Positions 11,427 through 23,196 of a stretch of DNA of 64,000 bases are shown piece by piece (positions within the stretch are counted from its first letter, which is position 1; every line of letters starts with the position of its first letter). Position numbers and translations under genes: made by a program. A model generated the notes under the pieces. The model had not been told where the DNA came from and did not search any database. It worked only from the letters and a program-made list of their open reading frames with translations. The stretch comes from Candidatus Latescibacterota bacterium (lineage in GTDB: Bacteria; Krumholzibacteriota; Krumholzibacteriia; WVZY01): positions 234,493 through 298,492 of the forward strand of contig CAWBQK010000009.1 of the NCBI GenBank assembly GCA_963791045.1, read 5' to 3'.

Positions 11427-13070
11427 ATGAATAAATCTCTTTCAATACTCGTTCTTCTTTTTGTCCTCGTGTATATGCTCCCCCTGGGTGCGCGGCTGTT
11501 TATTATCCCCGACGAAACCCGTTACGCTGAAATCCCGCGAGAAATGCTCGTGTCGGGAGACTGGATGTCTCCGCGTCTTGCGGGGGTCCGCTACTTCGAA
11601 AAACCCGTTCTCGGTTACTGGATGAACGCCGCGTCGATGGTGGTTTTGGGGGACAACCGATTCGCGGCGCGCCTGCCGTCCGTGTTGTCGGTTGGTCTGA
11701 CGGCGCTTCTACTCCTCTTGTTCACAAGGCGTTTCACGGGCGACAGATTTGCCGGACCGCTCGCCGCGGCGGCGTTCCTGACGTGCCCGATGGTGTTTGC
11801 ATTCGGAGTGTTCAATATTCTCGACAATGCGTTGACGTTGTACCTGACCGCCGCAATGGTGGCTTTCTTCTGTGCGCATACGGCCGACACGCGCCGTTCT
11901 CGATTAATATTCCTCGCCCTTTTTGGCGTGTCGTGCGCCGCCGCGTTTCTCACCAAGGGGTTTCTCGCATTTGCCATCCCCGTGGTTTCCATAATTCCCT
12001 TTATGTTGTGGGAGCGCCGATGGCGCGAATTCCTCACAATGCCGTGGATTCCGATCCTTGCCGTTCTCGTCGTCGCAGCGCCGTGGGCCATCGCGATCCA
12101 TCTGCGCGAGCCGACGTACTGGCATTATTTCTTCTGGGTGGAGCACATCAGACGTTTTATGTCCGAAGGCGCGCAGCACCCGGAACCGTTTCATTTCTTT
12201 ATCCCGCACATCGCGTGGGGAATCCTCCCATGGCTCGCGCTCATTCCCGCCGCGGTCATGGGCTTCAATCGAGAGGACTTCAAGACGGCGCCGGTTCGGT
12301 TCGCCTTGTGCTGGTTTTTGTTTCCGTTTCTCTTCTTTTCGATGTCCGAGGGAAAAATCGCCACGTACATCCTGCCGTGTTTCCCGCCGCTCATTTTTCT
12401 CATCACGGTGGGGATCGTCGGATATATAGATAGCTGTCGGCGAAAAATGATCACCGCGGGGGTGTCCCTGCTCGCCTTATTGACCGGGGGCGCGGCGGTG
12501 GTCTTGCTTCTCAGCCAGTACACGGATTTCATGGGATTCAAGATTTACGAAGATCAGGAAGCGTCGAAGATTCTGATTCTCGGAGGTGGGATACTCGCGT
12601 GGGCGTTGATCCTCCTGTCCGCACTCCGAGCCGGGACCACCCGGCGGGCGGTTGTGCTGTTTTGCGCCGCACCGGTGGTGGTGATGTTCGGCATGCACTT
12701 CATCTTCCCCATCGAGTTCGAAGGCAAAAAGATGCCGGGACGCTTTCTGGAGTCGAACGCCGGCCGGATCGGACCCCGGACGATCATCATCTCCGAAGGC
12801 GAACTTGCCGTCGCGGCATGCTACTACTACAAACGCGACGATGTTTATCTGTACAGGGGAAAGGGCGAACTCGCATGGGGGCTCGATTATGAAGACGCCG
12901 ACGGACGCTTTCTGAGTGATGAAGATCTTCGCGAGCTCTTCGACACGTATCGCGGCGCAAGCCGGATCGTCCTCGTGGTCCGACGCGGCCACTACGAGGA
13001 GTACCGCGACAAGTTCCCGCCTCCGGTCTACGAAGACACCTTCGGCCGCTTCACATTCGTAGAGTTCTAA
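11427..13070 (+). CDS. arnT: L-Ara4N transferase (GT83)
   Basis: PDETRYAEIPREML, RYFEKP, FLTKG, FFWVEHIRRF, GKIATYILP; multiple TM helices. Confidence 0.92.
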   Translation: MNKSLSILVLLFVLVYMLPLGARLFIIPDETRYAEIPREMLVSGDWMSPRLAGVRYFEKPVLGYWMNAASMVVLGDNRFAARLPSVLSVGLTALLLLLFTRRFTGDRFAGPLAAAAFLTCPMVFAFGVFNILDNALTLYLTAAMVAFFCAHTADTRRSRLIFLALFGVSCAAAFLTKGFLAFAIPVVSIIPFMLWERRWREFLTMPWIPILAVLVVAAPWAIAIHLREPTYWHYFFWVEHIRRFMSEGAQHPEPFHFFIPHIAWGILPWLALIPAAVMGFNREDFKTAPVRFALCWFLFPFLFFSMSEGKIATYILPCFPPLIFLITVGIVGYIDSCRRKMITAGVSLLALLTGGAAVVLLLSQYTDFMGFKIYEDQEASKILILGGGILAWALILLSALRAGTTRRAVVLFCAAPVVVMFGMHFIFPIEFEGKKMPGRFLESNAGRIGPRTIIISEGELAVAACYYYKRDDVYLYRGKGELAWGLDYEDADGRFLSDEDLRELFDTYRGASRIVLVVRRGHYEEYRDKFPPPVYEDTFGRFTFVEF

Positions 13071-13113
13071 ACCGGCTGACGCGCTGATGACCCGGTACGG
13101 GTCCTGTCGCCGA

Positions 13114-14940
13114 TTATTCCGCGTCGATCACGTCTTCGAGTGTGTCCGCCGTGGCTGCGTTGACGAGCCACTTCTCAAGCGTGGCCGGCGTCTCGGTCTC
13201 GAGTATCTTCGTCCGGGCCGCGGCGTCCACGGCGATTCCCCGTGCGTCGAGCAGCGAGAGCAGGCTCTCGGCCGTCTTCTTCGCTTTTTCTTTCGTGGCG
13301 GCCTCCGCGGCGCGTTCGCCCGAAAGCTGGTGGACCTTCAACTGATCGCCGGTCGCGGCGGCGACCTTTTCATACCACTCTTTCGGATAGCCCGGGTGCG
13401 TGACCTCTCCGTGCTCATCCTTCACATTCCCGTCGAGATACTTATAGAGAAGGAATTTTCCAAGTTCCCGCCACCGCTCAACCACGGCATCGCCCGTCCG
13501 CGTGCTGTAATCGGTCAGATAATCGCACGCGAGCTGCGGCGACTTTTCGTGGAGCGCCAGGGCGGCGGAGTCGATTCCCCGAACCTCGGCGATAAACTTG
13601 TTTTCCAGCTCGCTCTGAACAAGCTGGACGTCTTTTATCATGTCGCTGTACCGGAGATACGTAAAGTTCGACACATAATTGAAAACCCAAAAAGCCGATT
13701 CCCACGTGACATGGTCGAAGTCGCCCGTCCCCACTGCATAGCTCTTCGGCACGTCCGTCGAACCGCAGTACATAGGGAAATAGACCGTGCTGTACGCGTC
13801 ATCGACACTGAACCAAAAAATCCCGCCGATCGGATCGGGGAGCCACGAACGCGCCTGCGCGACAAACGAAAAACCCGTTTGCTGTGTTGACGTCGCACGT
13901 TCGTTGAGGAAGCTGCCGTCCCCCGCCTTCCACGTCAGCGGCCGCCAGCGGTACGGAAGTTCAAACGGACCGGCGCCGATGTCCTGCGTCATATCGAGCG
14001 GCGTTCCCTCGAAGTGGTCCCTCATGAACGACATGATGTCGGCGACGGTGAGTTTGCGGTCTGGCTTGATCCACAGCGGGATCGGCTCGGCATCCTCTTC
14101 CACACCGAGCGACCAATTGATGGGAAGCTCAAGCGACGGAGCGGCGCGGTTGAACATGCACCACACACGCGCATCGCAAAAACGCCGGGACCCAAAACGC
14201 GGCGGGTTGTATACCTCGGCGAAATTGAAATCCTCGTCGCTGCCTTCGTAGAATCCCATGTCGCGCGCAAACGAGATAACGTCCGGAGCATAAAGCGTGT
14301 TTTTGTCCTTTTTGGGAAACTGCGTGATCCGCGCGGCATTGGCGTGAGCTGCAATGTACCCATCGGGCACCCGGCGCGCGACCCAAACGGCGCCCTTGTT
14401 TCCGGGTCCCTTACCGATCATGTCCATGATCCACACTTCGTTGGCATCAGCGACTGAGAAGGTCTCACCCGAGCTGTAGTACCCGTACTCCGCAACGAGT
14501 TTTCCCATGATCTCGACGGCCTCGCGGGCCGTCTTTGCGCGTTGGAGTGTGATGTACATCAGGCTGCCGTAATCGACGATCGCGTCGGGGTCGTGCAGCT
14601 CGTGCCGCCCGCCCCACGTGGTTTCACCGATCGAGACCTGGTGCTCGTTCATGTTTCCGACAACGGTATACGTCTCCTCCACCTGGGCGATCTGTCCGAG
14701 ATGAGTACCCGTATCCCACTCGTAGACGTCGAGCATCGCCCCAGGGGGGTGAATCCGCGCGGGCGTATAATAAAGCTCACCGTAGAGCACATGCGAGTCG
14801 GCCGCATACGTGATCATGGTTGATCCGTCGGCGCTTGCGCCTTTCGTTATCAAAAAGTTGGTGCACGCCAGAACCGCCGGCGCGGCGGCGACGAGCGCCG
14901 CTACAAAGATGGCTGTGAAAGCAATAACGGCCTTTTTCAT
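13114..14940 (-). CDS. Secreted C69-family dipeptidase (Ntn hydrolase) with extra C-terminal helical domain
   Basis: Signal peptide ending at A-CTNFLITKGASADGS (N-terminal nucleophile Cys), NMNEHQVSIGETT, LQRAKTAREA, PYRWRPLTW. Confidence 0.88.
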   Translation of the reverse strand: MKKAVIAFTAIFVAALVAAAPAVLACTNFLITKGASADGSTMITYAADSHVLYGELYYTPARIHPPGAMLDVYEWDTGTHLGQIAQVEETYTVVGNMNEHQVSIGETTWGGRHELHDPDAIVDYGSLMYITLQRAKTAREAVEIMGKLVAEYGYYSSGETFSVADANEVWIMDMIGKGPGNKGAVWVARRVPDGYIAAHANAARITQFPKKDKNTLYAPDVISFARDMGFYEGSDEDFNFAEVYNPPRFGSRRFCDARVWCMFNRAAPSLELPINWSLGVEEDAEPIPLWIKPDRKLTVADIMSFMRDHFEGTPLDMTQDIGAGPFELPYRWRPLTWKAGDGSFLNERATSTQQTGFSFVAQARSWLPDPIGGIFWFSVDDAYSTVYFPMYCGSTDVPKSYAVGTGDFDHVTWESAFWVFNYVSNFTYLRYSDMIKDVQLVQSELENKFIAEVRGIDSAALALHEKSPQLACDYLTDYSTRTGDAVVERWRELGKFLLYKYLDGNVKDEHGEVTHPGYPKEWYEKVAAATGDQLKVHQLSGERAAEAATKEKAKKTAESLLSLLDARGIAVDAAARTKILETETPATLEKWLVNAATADTLEDVIDAE

Positions 14941-15149
14941 AATAGCTGCAAAACTCCCGCGTGTGCGCGCCGGCTGCCGCCGCCGCGTCGTGACAGAACA
15001 CCCTGTTTCAAATATGGTTTTGTGTGTGGCTGACGATTCTACAGTCAAAACACCCGATTTTCCAGCGCGAATCATTCTCACCATCGGTTCGGTCTTTGGC
15101 CTGCCCGCTGGAGCGCAATCGTGAGCGCCTGCCACTATTGAAGTTAACT

Positions 15150-15178
15150 TTGAATCCCAAGCACGGATATGATACACT
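15150..15178 (+). promoter_or_regulatory. Candidate sigma70 promoter
   Basis: TTGAAT-17 nt-TACACT with extended -10 TG, upstream of the 15251 gene. Confidence 0.45.
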
Positions 15179-15250
15179 TATATAAGGAGTGCAGCTCAGG
15201 CAACCGCAGCGGATCTGTATTCTACATTTGTCAAACCCGGGGGGGGCGTC

Positions 15251-18200
15251 ATGACGCGCAAACGGATCGGACTGCTCGTACTGGTCGGTTCTCTGCTTCT
15301 TCTCCTTGTTGTTCCTCTATCACACGCAATCACAAACTCATACTTTGAAGATTTCACCACGACGGCCAAAAAAGATGGCGACTTCACCGACGCGTGGTGG
15401 GACACGGCGACCGGCAAACTCAAATTGAGGTCTTTCAACTCGTCGCTCGTCGGGTACTACATTACGTCGGAAAATGCGCTGGGCATCGACGTCGATGGGG
15501 ATTACGCCTATGTCGCCGCGGGGAGTGAAGGGCTCATCGTGTTCGATATCACCACGAATACTCCTGGGCCGGGATACATCGGCGCGTACGACACGCCGGG
15601 GTCGGCCTGGGGCGTGAAAGCGGATGGAGACCTGGTTTACGTGGCGGATCTCAATACGGGGCTCATGGTAATCGATGTGACCGACCCGTCGACGCCGACA
15701 CTGTACGGCAGCTACGACACGCCGGGATGGGCGCGCGACGTCGTTCTCGACGGCAAGTACGCATACGTCGCCGATGGAACCGACGGTGGAATCCAGGTTA
15801 TCGACGTGAGCGACCCGTCGACGCCGGTCGGGATGGGAAGCTATAACACACCGGGGGAAGCGATCAGTGTCGACGTCAAAGGCCATTACGCGTACATCGC
15901 CGACCGCGGCTCGGGTCTTGTCGTGGTGGATATCGCGAACAAATCATGGCCGATACTTGCTGATTTCTATGATACGACCGGCGACTGCTGGGGCGTCGCC
16001 GTGTCCGGTGACTACGCATTCACTGGCAACGCGTTGCAGGGAATCCGCGTCTTCGACATCAGCAATCCACTCGACATCGGATATGTCACGACAATCACCC
16101 CGGCGGGATCCCACCGGCGGTTGTCCGTCCAGGGGGATTACCTTTACGCCGCCGCGTACGGACAGCTCTACACTATTGATATCAACGACCCGTCCCTCCC
16201 CGTTGTCGTCGGCTCGTACACGTCCATGTATATCGCGACGACCGCTGTCGTCGACGGAGAACACGCATACGTGGCGGATGGGTCCGGGGGACTGAGGGTC
16301 CTCGATGTAAACGAATCGTTTCCGCCCTTCCGTATCGCGGAGCGAGCATCGACGGGCAGTTGCGAAGCGGTTCATGCCGAGGGCGACCTGTTGTACATGG
16401 TTCAATCAAGCGGCGCCACGCCGTTCAAGGTATTTGATATTCGCTTTCCCGACGGCCCCACTGAGATCGGGAGTTGTGATGTGGGCGGGTACGATTTGTT
16501 CGTGGCAGGCGACCTCGCTTACACAGCGGATGGGTCGTCCGGCCTCCAGATTGTAGACATTTCAGATCCTGTCAACCCGGTCGCGATCGGAAATTACAAT
16601 ACATCCGACAACGCCACAGGCGTAGCCGTTCATGGGAATTATGCGTATGTCGCTGAAAACTTCGCGGGACTCCGGGTGATCGATGTTTCGGATCCGATGA
16701 ATCCAAGCGTGGTCGGTACCTACAACACGCCTGACCGCGCAACTGACGTCGTGGTCAAAGGAAATCTCGCGTACGTCGCCGATGGGAGCAGCGGCCTCCA
16801 GATCATTGACATATCGACACCGTCCAGCCCGACGCTGGTCGGATCGTACGATACGCCTGGGTTCGCGGTCGAACTCGCCGTCGCCGGAAACCTCGTGCTT
16901 GTCGCCGACTCTGACGATGGACTGGCCGTCATCAAGGTATTGAATCCATCGGTTCCTCAACATCTTGCACAGATGTCCACGCCCGCGTGGGCGGTCTCGG
17001 TGGTAATTTCCGGCAACTACGCGTTTGTCGGAACTGGGGCGAGTGTTCAGCGGGTGGATATCCAAAACCCATCTTTTCCGACGCCTGTTGACGACGCGCC
17101 GGTCGATGACTATGCGCGCGGACTGTGCGTATTCGGAGATTATATTTTTGTTGCGGACGCGGACGACGGACTCAAAACGTTCCGTGCTTTCCACCACAAA
17201 TTCACAAATGCCAACAGCGCCCGGTCGTACCCGGTCAACGATACGGACGATACAATCGTCCGTGCGCGGCTGACCACGACAGAGATCGAAATCATCGACT
17301 GGGAGTTGTCCTCCGACGGCGGCGGTCACTTCGAGTCGGCAGACCCCGGGGAATGGGTACGTTTTTCGTCGCCGGGCGCAAGCCTCGCCTGGCGCTCGAC
17401 GCTCTTCCCGAAAGGCATGGGAACCCCCTATTGTTCGGAACTCACCCTCGATTGGCTCTACGAATTCCCCGCGATCGAGTACGTCGAAGACGTGCCCGAT
17501 GATGAGGGAGGGACGGTCAAACTGAAATTTGCGCCATCGGGTTACGATTTTGCCGACGAAACCGAACACCCAATCGATGAGTACATCGTGTGGCGGCGAG
17601 TGTTGGAAACAAGCACGGGGATCGAAACTTCATCGGCAAAAGAAAACCCCGCGTTCTTCGCGGAAATGCCGCCGGGAACCTGGGAAGAACAAATTACAAT
17701 CACGGCCTCCAACGCCGCGGGACACATCTCGTATCTGAACACGGCGGTTGATCTCGGCGCCCCCGGCGCCGCCCCATCGGTCTTTGTCGTGTCCGCCCAC
17801 ACCGCGGAACCTTCGACGTGGTGGGTAAGTCCGCCGGAGAGCGCGTATTCCGTCGACAATATCGCCCCGGCCGCTCCAACCAATTTCTCGGTAACGTACA
17901 ACACACCCAAAGGCAACCACCTTCACTTCAGCCGGAGCGTGTCGCCAGACGTCCATTACCATGCGGTCTACCGTGGCGAGACCGAGGATTTCTCGATCGA
18001 CGGACTCACTCCCGTGACCAAACGAGGAGGCACGAACTGGGACGACCCGATCCTGGAAGGTTGGCGGTACCATTACAAAATCACCGCCGTCGACATTGCG
18101 GGCAACGAGAGCGACGCCGTCATGCCGGGGACCGTATCGGGAATCGACACTCCGGTTAACCCTGAGCATTTCGCTCTCCACGCCAACACGCCGAATCCGT

Positions 18201-18445
18201 TCAACCCGTCAACGGTCATCCACTATGATGTTCCCGCCGGCGGCGGACACGTGACAATCAAGGTGTATGACGTGACCGGACGATTTGTGCGATCGCTCGT
18301 CGCCGAGCATCGCCCGGCGGGCACACACGAAATCGAGTGGGATGGAAACGACGGCAGCGGCGTAATGACATCAAGCGGTGTTTATTTTTGTCGTCTCGAA
18401 GCACGCGGAATCGTCCAGACGAGACGCATGGTTCTCTTAAAATAG
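15251..18445 (+). CDS. Secreted LVIVD-repeat protein with FN3-like and C-terminal FlgD-Ig/T9SS-like domain
   Basis: Signal peptide; many YAYVAD..GLxVIDVSDPxxP..GxYDTPG repeats; HANTPNPFNPSTVIHY...TRRMVLLK. Confidence 0.88.
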   Translation: MTRKRIGLLVLVGSLLLLLVVPLSHAITNSYFEDFTTTAKKDGDFTDAWWDTATGKLKLRSFNSSLVGYYITSENALGIDVDGDYAYVAAGSEGLIVFDITTNTPGPGYIGAYDTPGSAWGVKADGDLVYVADLNTGLMVIDVTDPSTPTLYGSYDTPGWARDVVLDGKYAYVADGTDGGIQVIDVSDPSTPVGMGSYNTPGEAISVDVKGHYAYIADRGSGLVVVDIANKSWPILADFYDTTGDCWGVAVSGDYAFTGNALQGIRVFDISNPLDIGYVTTITPAGSHRRLSVQGDYLYAAAYGQLYTIDINDPSLPVVVGSYTSMYIATTAVVDGEHAYVADGSGGLRVLDVNESFPPFRIAERASTGSCEAVHAEGDLLYMVQSSGATPFKVFDIRFPDGPTEIGSCDVGGYDLFVAGDLAYTADGSSGLQIVDISDPVNPVAIGNYNTSDNATGVAVHGNYAYVAENFAGLRVIDVSDPMNPSVVGTYNTPDRATDVVVKGNLAYVADGSSGLQIIDISTPSSPTLVGSYDTPGFAVELAVAGNLVLVADSDDGLAVIKVLNPSVPQHLAQMSTPAWAVSVVISGNYAFVGTGASVQRVDIQNPSFPTPVDDAPVDDYARGLCVFGDYIFVADADDGLKTFRAFHHKFTNANSARSYPVNDTDDTIVRARLTTTEIEIIDWELSSDGGGHFESADPGEWVRFSSPGASLAWRSTLFPKGMGTPYCSELTLDWLYEFPAIEYVEDVPDDEGGTVKLKFAPSGYDFADETEHPIDEYIVWRRVLETSTGIETSSAKENPAFFAEMPPGTWEEQITITASNAAGHISYLNTAVDLGAPGAAPSVFVVSAHTAEPSTWWVSPPESAYSVDNIAPAAPTNFSVTYNTPKGNHLHFSRSVSPDVHYHAVYRGETEDFSIDGLTPVTKRGGTNWDDPILEGWRYHYKITAVDIAGNESDAVMPGTVSGIDTPVNPEHFALHANTPNPFNPSTVIHYDVPAGGGHVTIKVYDVTGRFVRSLVAEHRPAGTHEIEWDGNDGSGVMTSSGVYFCRLEARGIVQTRRMVLLK

Positions 18446-18653
18446 CGAATCGGCGGTAAACAATACCGCGCTCGACTCCTCCCCTTGCGAGCCCAGGGCT
18501 TGCTTGCTATCAAACGGCCATTGTTTGACACGACGATCGAATCGGTGTTAGATTCACTCGATCTTGTAAACTCTATTACTATCAAATGCTTCCGCCTGCG
18601 CCGCTCCATTCGAACCACCAATGGAGACTGGCGACGGGTTTTGAAAGCACAAA

Positions 18654-21175
18654 ATGGACGCCGATTACTCCATAGAAATCCAAAACCGTCTCGCGGGCGA
18701 AGTCCGAAAGGCCGAACTTCACCGCCCGCCGCGGGTGAGCAAATACGAACCCGGAACGGAACTCGTCTACGACGTCACGGCGCTCGATACGGGGCTAACC
18801 GGCCGCGCGCGGCTCGTCATCGAAAAGTTTGTCGGCGGCGGATTCGCCGGGCAGGTGTACCGGGTAAAGGTCCTGGCTATCGAGGCGAACGGTGGGACGG
18901 TCGGGGCGCCCCTCGGCGGACTCGAAATCGGCGCCGTCTACGCGATGAAGATCCTCATTCCGCCTTCCGGGTTTTCGCGCATCTTCCGCAATGTTCTCTA
19001 CCGGATCGGCTTCCAGGGACCATTCCAGCTCCAGGTAAACCCCACGGCCGCGCGCGCCGGCGCACTGTGGCAGAAGTTCATCCGCCGCGCCGCCTCGCGC
19101 CGTTTCGGCGACGACGGATCGGTCAACGACATCCACGCGACCTTTGTCGATCACACCATGGGAAGCTGCGGCGAATTGAGCGACTGGGTCGACGGGAGGA
19201 CATGGCGCCTCGAAGTCGATGACCGTCTCGATCTGCTTCGAAAATGGCTGCAGGCGAAAACCGGTAGACGAAGCGGCCGTCGGCTCGCCCGAATTCCGCG
19301 CCAAACGAGTGTTCATGCGCACCTTTGTCGACCTCCTCCACGAGATGGGCGGACACGAGTTCGCCCGCCAGTACGAGTGGACGACATGGAAGAGCCAGCC
19401 AAACTGCCTGAAGAGAAACGACGCCGACGACAACCCGGCGGAAGGGCTCGTCGCCGTCGATTTCCGCGCGGGACTCGCACTGCTGCCGTTCCTTCCGATG
19501 AGCCCCGGTGATTTCAAACTCATATTCCAGGGAATCGGCCGCGGGAGCCTCGTCCAGTTCGACCGCGGCGATACGGCCAGGCTCGAACGGTATGTCGACG
19601 CGCACGCGGAAGATTTCAAAGACATGCGAGCGATGCTCGATGAGCTCAAAAAGGACGAAGAGGTATACAGAAACTCGATCCCCGACATCACGCACAACCA
19701 CGTTCGTCTTCTTTACAGCCGGACGTTGTGGTCGACTATTTTTTCGAGCGCCGTCACCGGCTGGGCCGTCACGAATCTCGTCGGCAAAAACGCAGAGGCG
19801 CGGCTGCGCAAGAGCGGCCTGCTCACATTTCTCTTTGGTCTCATTGGAATCATCCCGTTTCTTGGGAACGTTCATCCGGCGAATATGGGGCCAGGACTAC
19901 TGGCGAAAGCACTACGCGGCCTTGTTTTCGAGCCCCGCTTACTTCAGACGGGCCGTCCGCGCGAGGCTGCTTGAAAAAACTATGGGCTGGCACAGGGCGG
20001 GGAGACTGAGCGACGGAAATGCGGACAGGGCCTCGCGCGGCTTATGGCGGATCGGGTTACAACTTCCGTTCTCGATACTCCCCGCTCGGCTTCATCGATT
20101 TCTTACCGATGGGGAATATGCGAGGGATCGACTCGGCTATTATCTTCTTCGACCGGTCCGGTTGTATTTTAAAGCGGATCTCCGCGAACAGTGGCTCCGC
20201 GACATGGTCACCGACGGCAAGAAGGAACACCTTCTTAGCAACGACGATGCCAATGTGATCCTTTCGCGGATCGACGAACCGTTTATTCAAAAATATCTCA
20301 AGAGCCTCGCCGTTCATGTGTGCACGCTCCCCGTCACACAGATCGTCTCGGTTCTCATCGCCGTCATCTATGTGCTGACGCACCCCGACATGCCGCGGGC
20401 CCAGGCGTACAGTATCGGTGTGGGGATCATCGCACTCTTCCAGGTTGTCCCAATCTCGCCGGGATCGCTGGCGCGCGGTCTTTACGTGGTGTATCTCGTC
20501 ATTCGCGAGAGGAATTTCAAGGATTACAATATTGCCGTCTTTCTCTCGTTCTTCAAATATGTGGGGTACCTCGCGTTTCCGATCCAGATGGCGTATCGCT
20601 ACCCCACACTGGCCCGTTTTATGGCGGCGCACTGGGCGACGGGTGCCGTCCACACGGTTCCTGTGTTTGGCGAGCGGGGCGCCCTCCTCGAACACTGGGT
20701 ATTCAGCGCCTTCTACAACTGGCCGCTCACGATCCGGCGCCGAATGAGACGCCGGGCCGAACTGCGCGCGACACTGACGCCGCGATTCTGGCACGTGGTG
20801 CCAATCGGGATTTTGGGCGCGGGCCTGTTTGGGCTTGCCGATTATCTTTATCTCAACCAGGCCGGCACCATTCCCGCACTCAAGCAGGTTTGGTGGCTGG
20901 TGATAGTCGTCCCATTCGTCTGCGGATCACTGGTCACATTCGGGGCCGGCGGGGCGTCACTCACCCGGCGCGTGGGCGCCGCCGCCGTATGCGGGAGCCT
21001 GATTGGGATTCTCTCCCTCCTCCCGCCGACGCTTCTCGGCGCAAATACACTCACCGGGGCGGGCGACCTGATTTCAAATGGTCTGTGGCGGGTCTTTCTT
21101 TTTGGACTCGTATCGACAGTCGGAGTTCTCCTCACAGAGCTGAGACTCCCCGAACCGGCGGATCCGGGGCGTTAA
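18654..21175 (+). CDS. Hypothetical membrane protein with kinase-like N-terminal region (frameshifts ~19260, ~19870)
   Basis: Three overlapping ORFs (18654, 19219, 19508) join into one coherent protein. Motifs GGGFAGQVY, YAMK, KSQPN, VAVDF; multiple C-terminal TM helices. Confidence 0.7.
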
Positions 21176-21310
21176 ACGGCGGCACCCGCTCCGCTTTCGC
21201 CTATTGCGCCGGGCAACCCGACGTAGTATCTTCTCGCATGGGTTCGCGTGTCGGATGCGAGCCCCATTTTATGCCCACAATCGATCATGTGCCCGAACAA
21301 GGACCCCCGA

Positions 21311-23138
21311 ATGCCGAATCAAAGACGAAGAAAAGACGTCCGCAATGTAGCCATCATCGCCCATGTCGACCACGGCAAAACCACACTCGTCGACGCGCTG
21401 CTCAAGCAAACGGGCGCATATGATTTTCGCGATGGCGAAACCACAATCATGGATTCCAATCCCCTCGAAAGAGAACGTGGGATTACCATTTTCTCGAAGA
21501 ATGCGTCCTTCATCTGGCGGGATACGACGTTCAACATCGTGGACACACCGGGGCACGCCGACTTTGGTAGCGAGGTCGAACGTATTCTCAAGATGGTCGA
21601 TGGTGTGCTGCTCCTCGTCGATGCGTTCGAAGGTCCGATGCCGCAAACAAAATTCGTCCTCAAGAAATCACTCGAGCTTCACCTGAAACCCATCGTCGTC
21701 ATCAACAAACTCGATCGCCCCAATTCCAGGCCGGCCGAAGTGGCCGACATGACGTTCGATCTTTTTTGCGAATTGAACGCGACCGACGAACAGCTCGACT
21801 TCCCCATCGTCTACGCATCGGGCAAAGACGGTTATGCAAAATTCGAAATCGAGGATGACAATACCGACATAACGCCGCTTCTTGACACAATGTTTCACCG
21901 GGTGCTTCCACCCGTCGGGGATATCGAGAATGATTTCCAGATGCTGGTTACAATGATCGATTACGACAACTATGTGGGGCGTATCGCCGTCGGAAGGATC
22001 TCTCACGGAACGATCAGAACCAATGAACCGGTGGTCCTGGTCAAGCGCGACGGCAAACATGAACGCGGCAAGGTCACGAAGATCTTGAAATACCGCGGAC
22101 TTCTCCGCGTCGAAACGGATATCGCGATGGCCGGAGATATCGTCTCGATCGCCGGGATGGAAAACGCCAAAGTCGGCTCCACAATCGCCGCGCCGGAAAA
22201 CCCCGAGCTCGTTCCCATGGTCAAAATCGATGAGCCGACGATCTCGATGAATTTCTCGCACAACACGAGCCCGCTGACCGGCAAAGACGGTGGACGCTTT
22301 CTCACATCACGTCATATCCGCGAACGGCTCCAACACGAAGCAATGATAAACGTCGGAATCCGCGTCGAGGAGACTCAGGGCGGAGAACGTTTCAAAGTGT
22401 CGGGGCGCGGCGAACTCCATCTGTCGATCCTCATAGAAACGATGCGGCGCGAGGGGTACGAAGTCGAGGTATCGCGTCCCGAGGTGATTCTCAAGAAAGT
22501 CGACGACGATGTGCTCGAACCCGTCGAAGAGGTGGTGATCGAGGTCGATCCCGATTTCCAGGGTCCGGTAATGCAGGCGATCGGGCGAGCGCAAGGGCGA
22601 CATCGAGAACATCACGGTAAGCACCGTCGGAACGGTGCGGATTGAGTTCTACATTGCGTCGCGCGCGCTCATCGGTTTCCGCGGCGAGTTTTTGATGATG
22701 ACGCGGGGAACGGGGATCATGTACCAGAATTTCTACCAGTATCAAAAATACAAGGGTGAGCTGCCCAAGCGGAAGACAGGCGTAATGGTGTCGATGAGCC
22801 CCGGCAATGCCGTTGCCTACGCACTTTGGGGACTGCAGGAACGCGGTGAGATTTTCGCCCACCCGGGCGACGCCCTTTACGAGGGAATGATCGTGGGCGT
22901 CAACAACAAGGGCAGCGACATGGTGGTCAATGCGATTAAAGGCAAAAAGCTCACAAATATTCGCGCCGCCAGCGCGGACGATGCCATCCAGTTGACGCCG
23001 CCGCGCGAGATGACCCTGGAGTTTGCTTTGGAGTTCATTGCCGACGACGAACTCGTCGAGGTCACGCCGAAGAATCTCCGGCTGCGCAAGATGAACCTCA
23101 CTGAAAACGCGCGGAAGCAGGCGGCAAAAGGCCGCTGA
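21311..23138 (+). CDS. typA: Translational GTPase TypA/BipA (frameshift ~22590)
   Basis: [67 protein letters not shown]. Confidence 0.95.
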
Positions 23139-23196
23139 CAACCGTTCAATTCCACCTCGGGCCGGGGAGCCCCGGCCCACATACTACAGCTTAACT

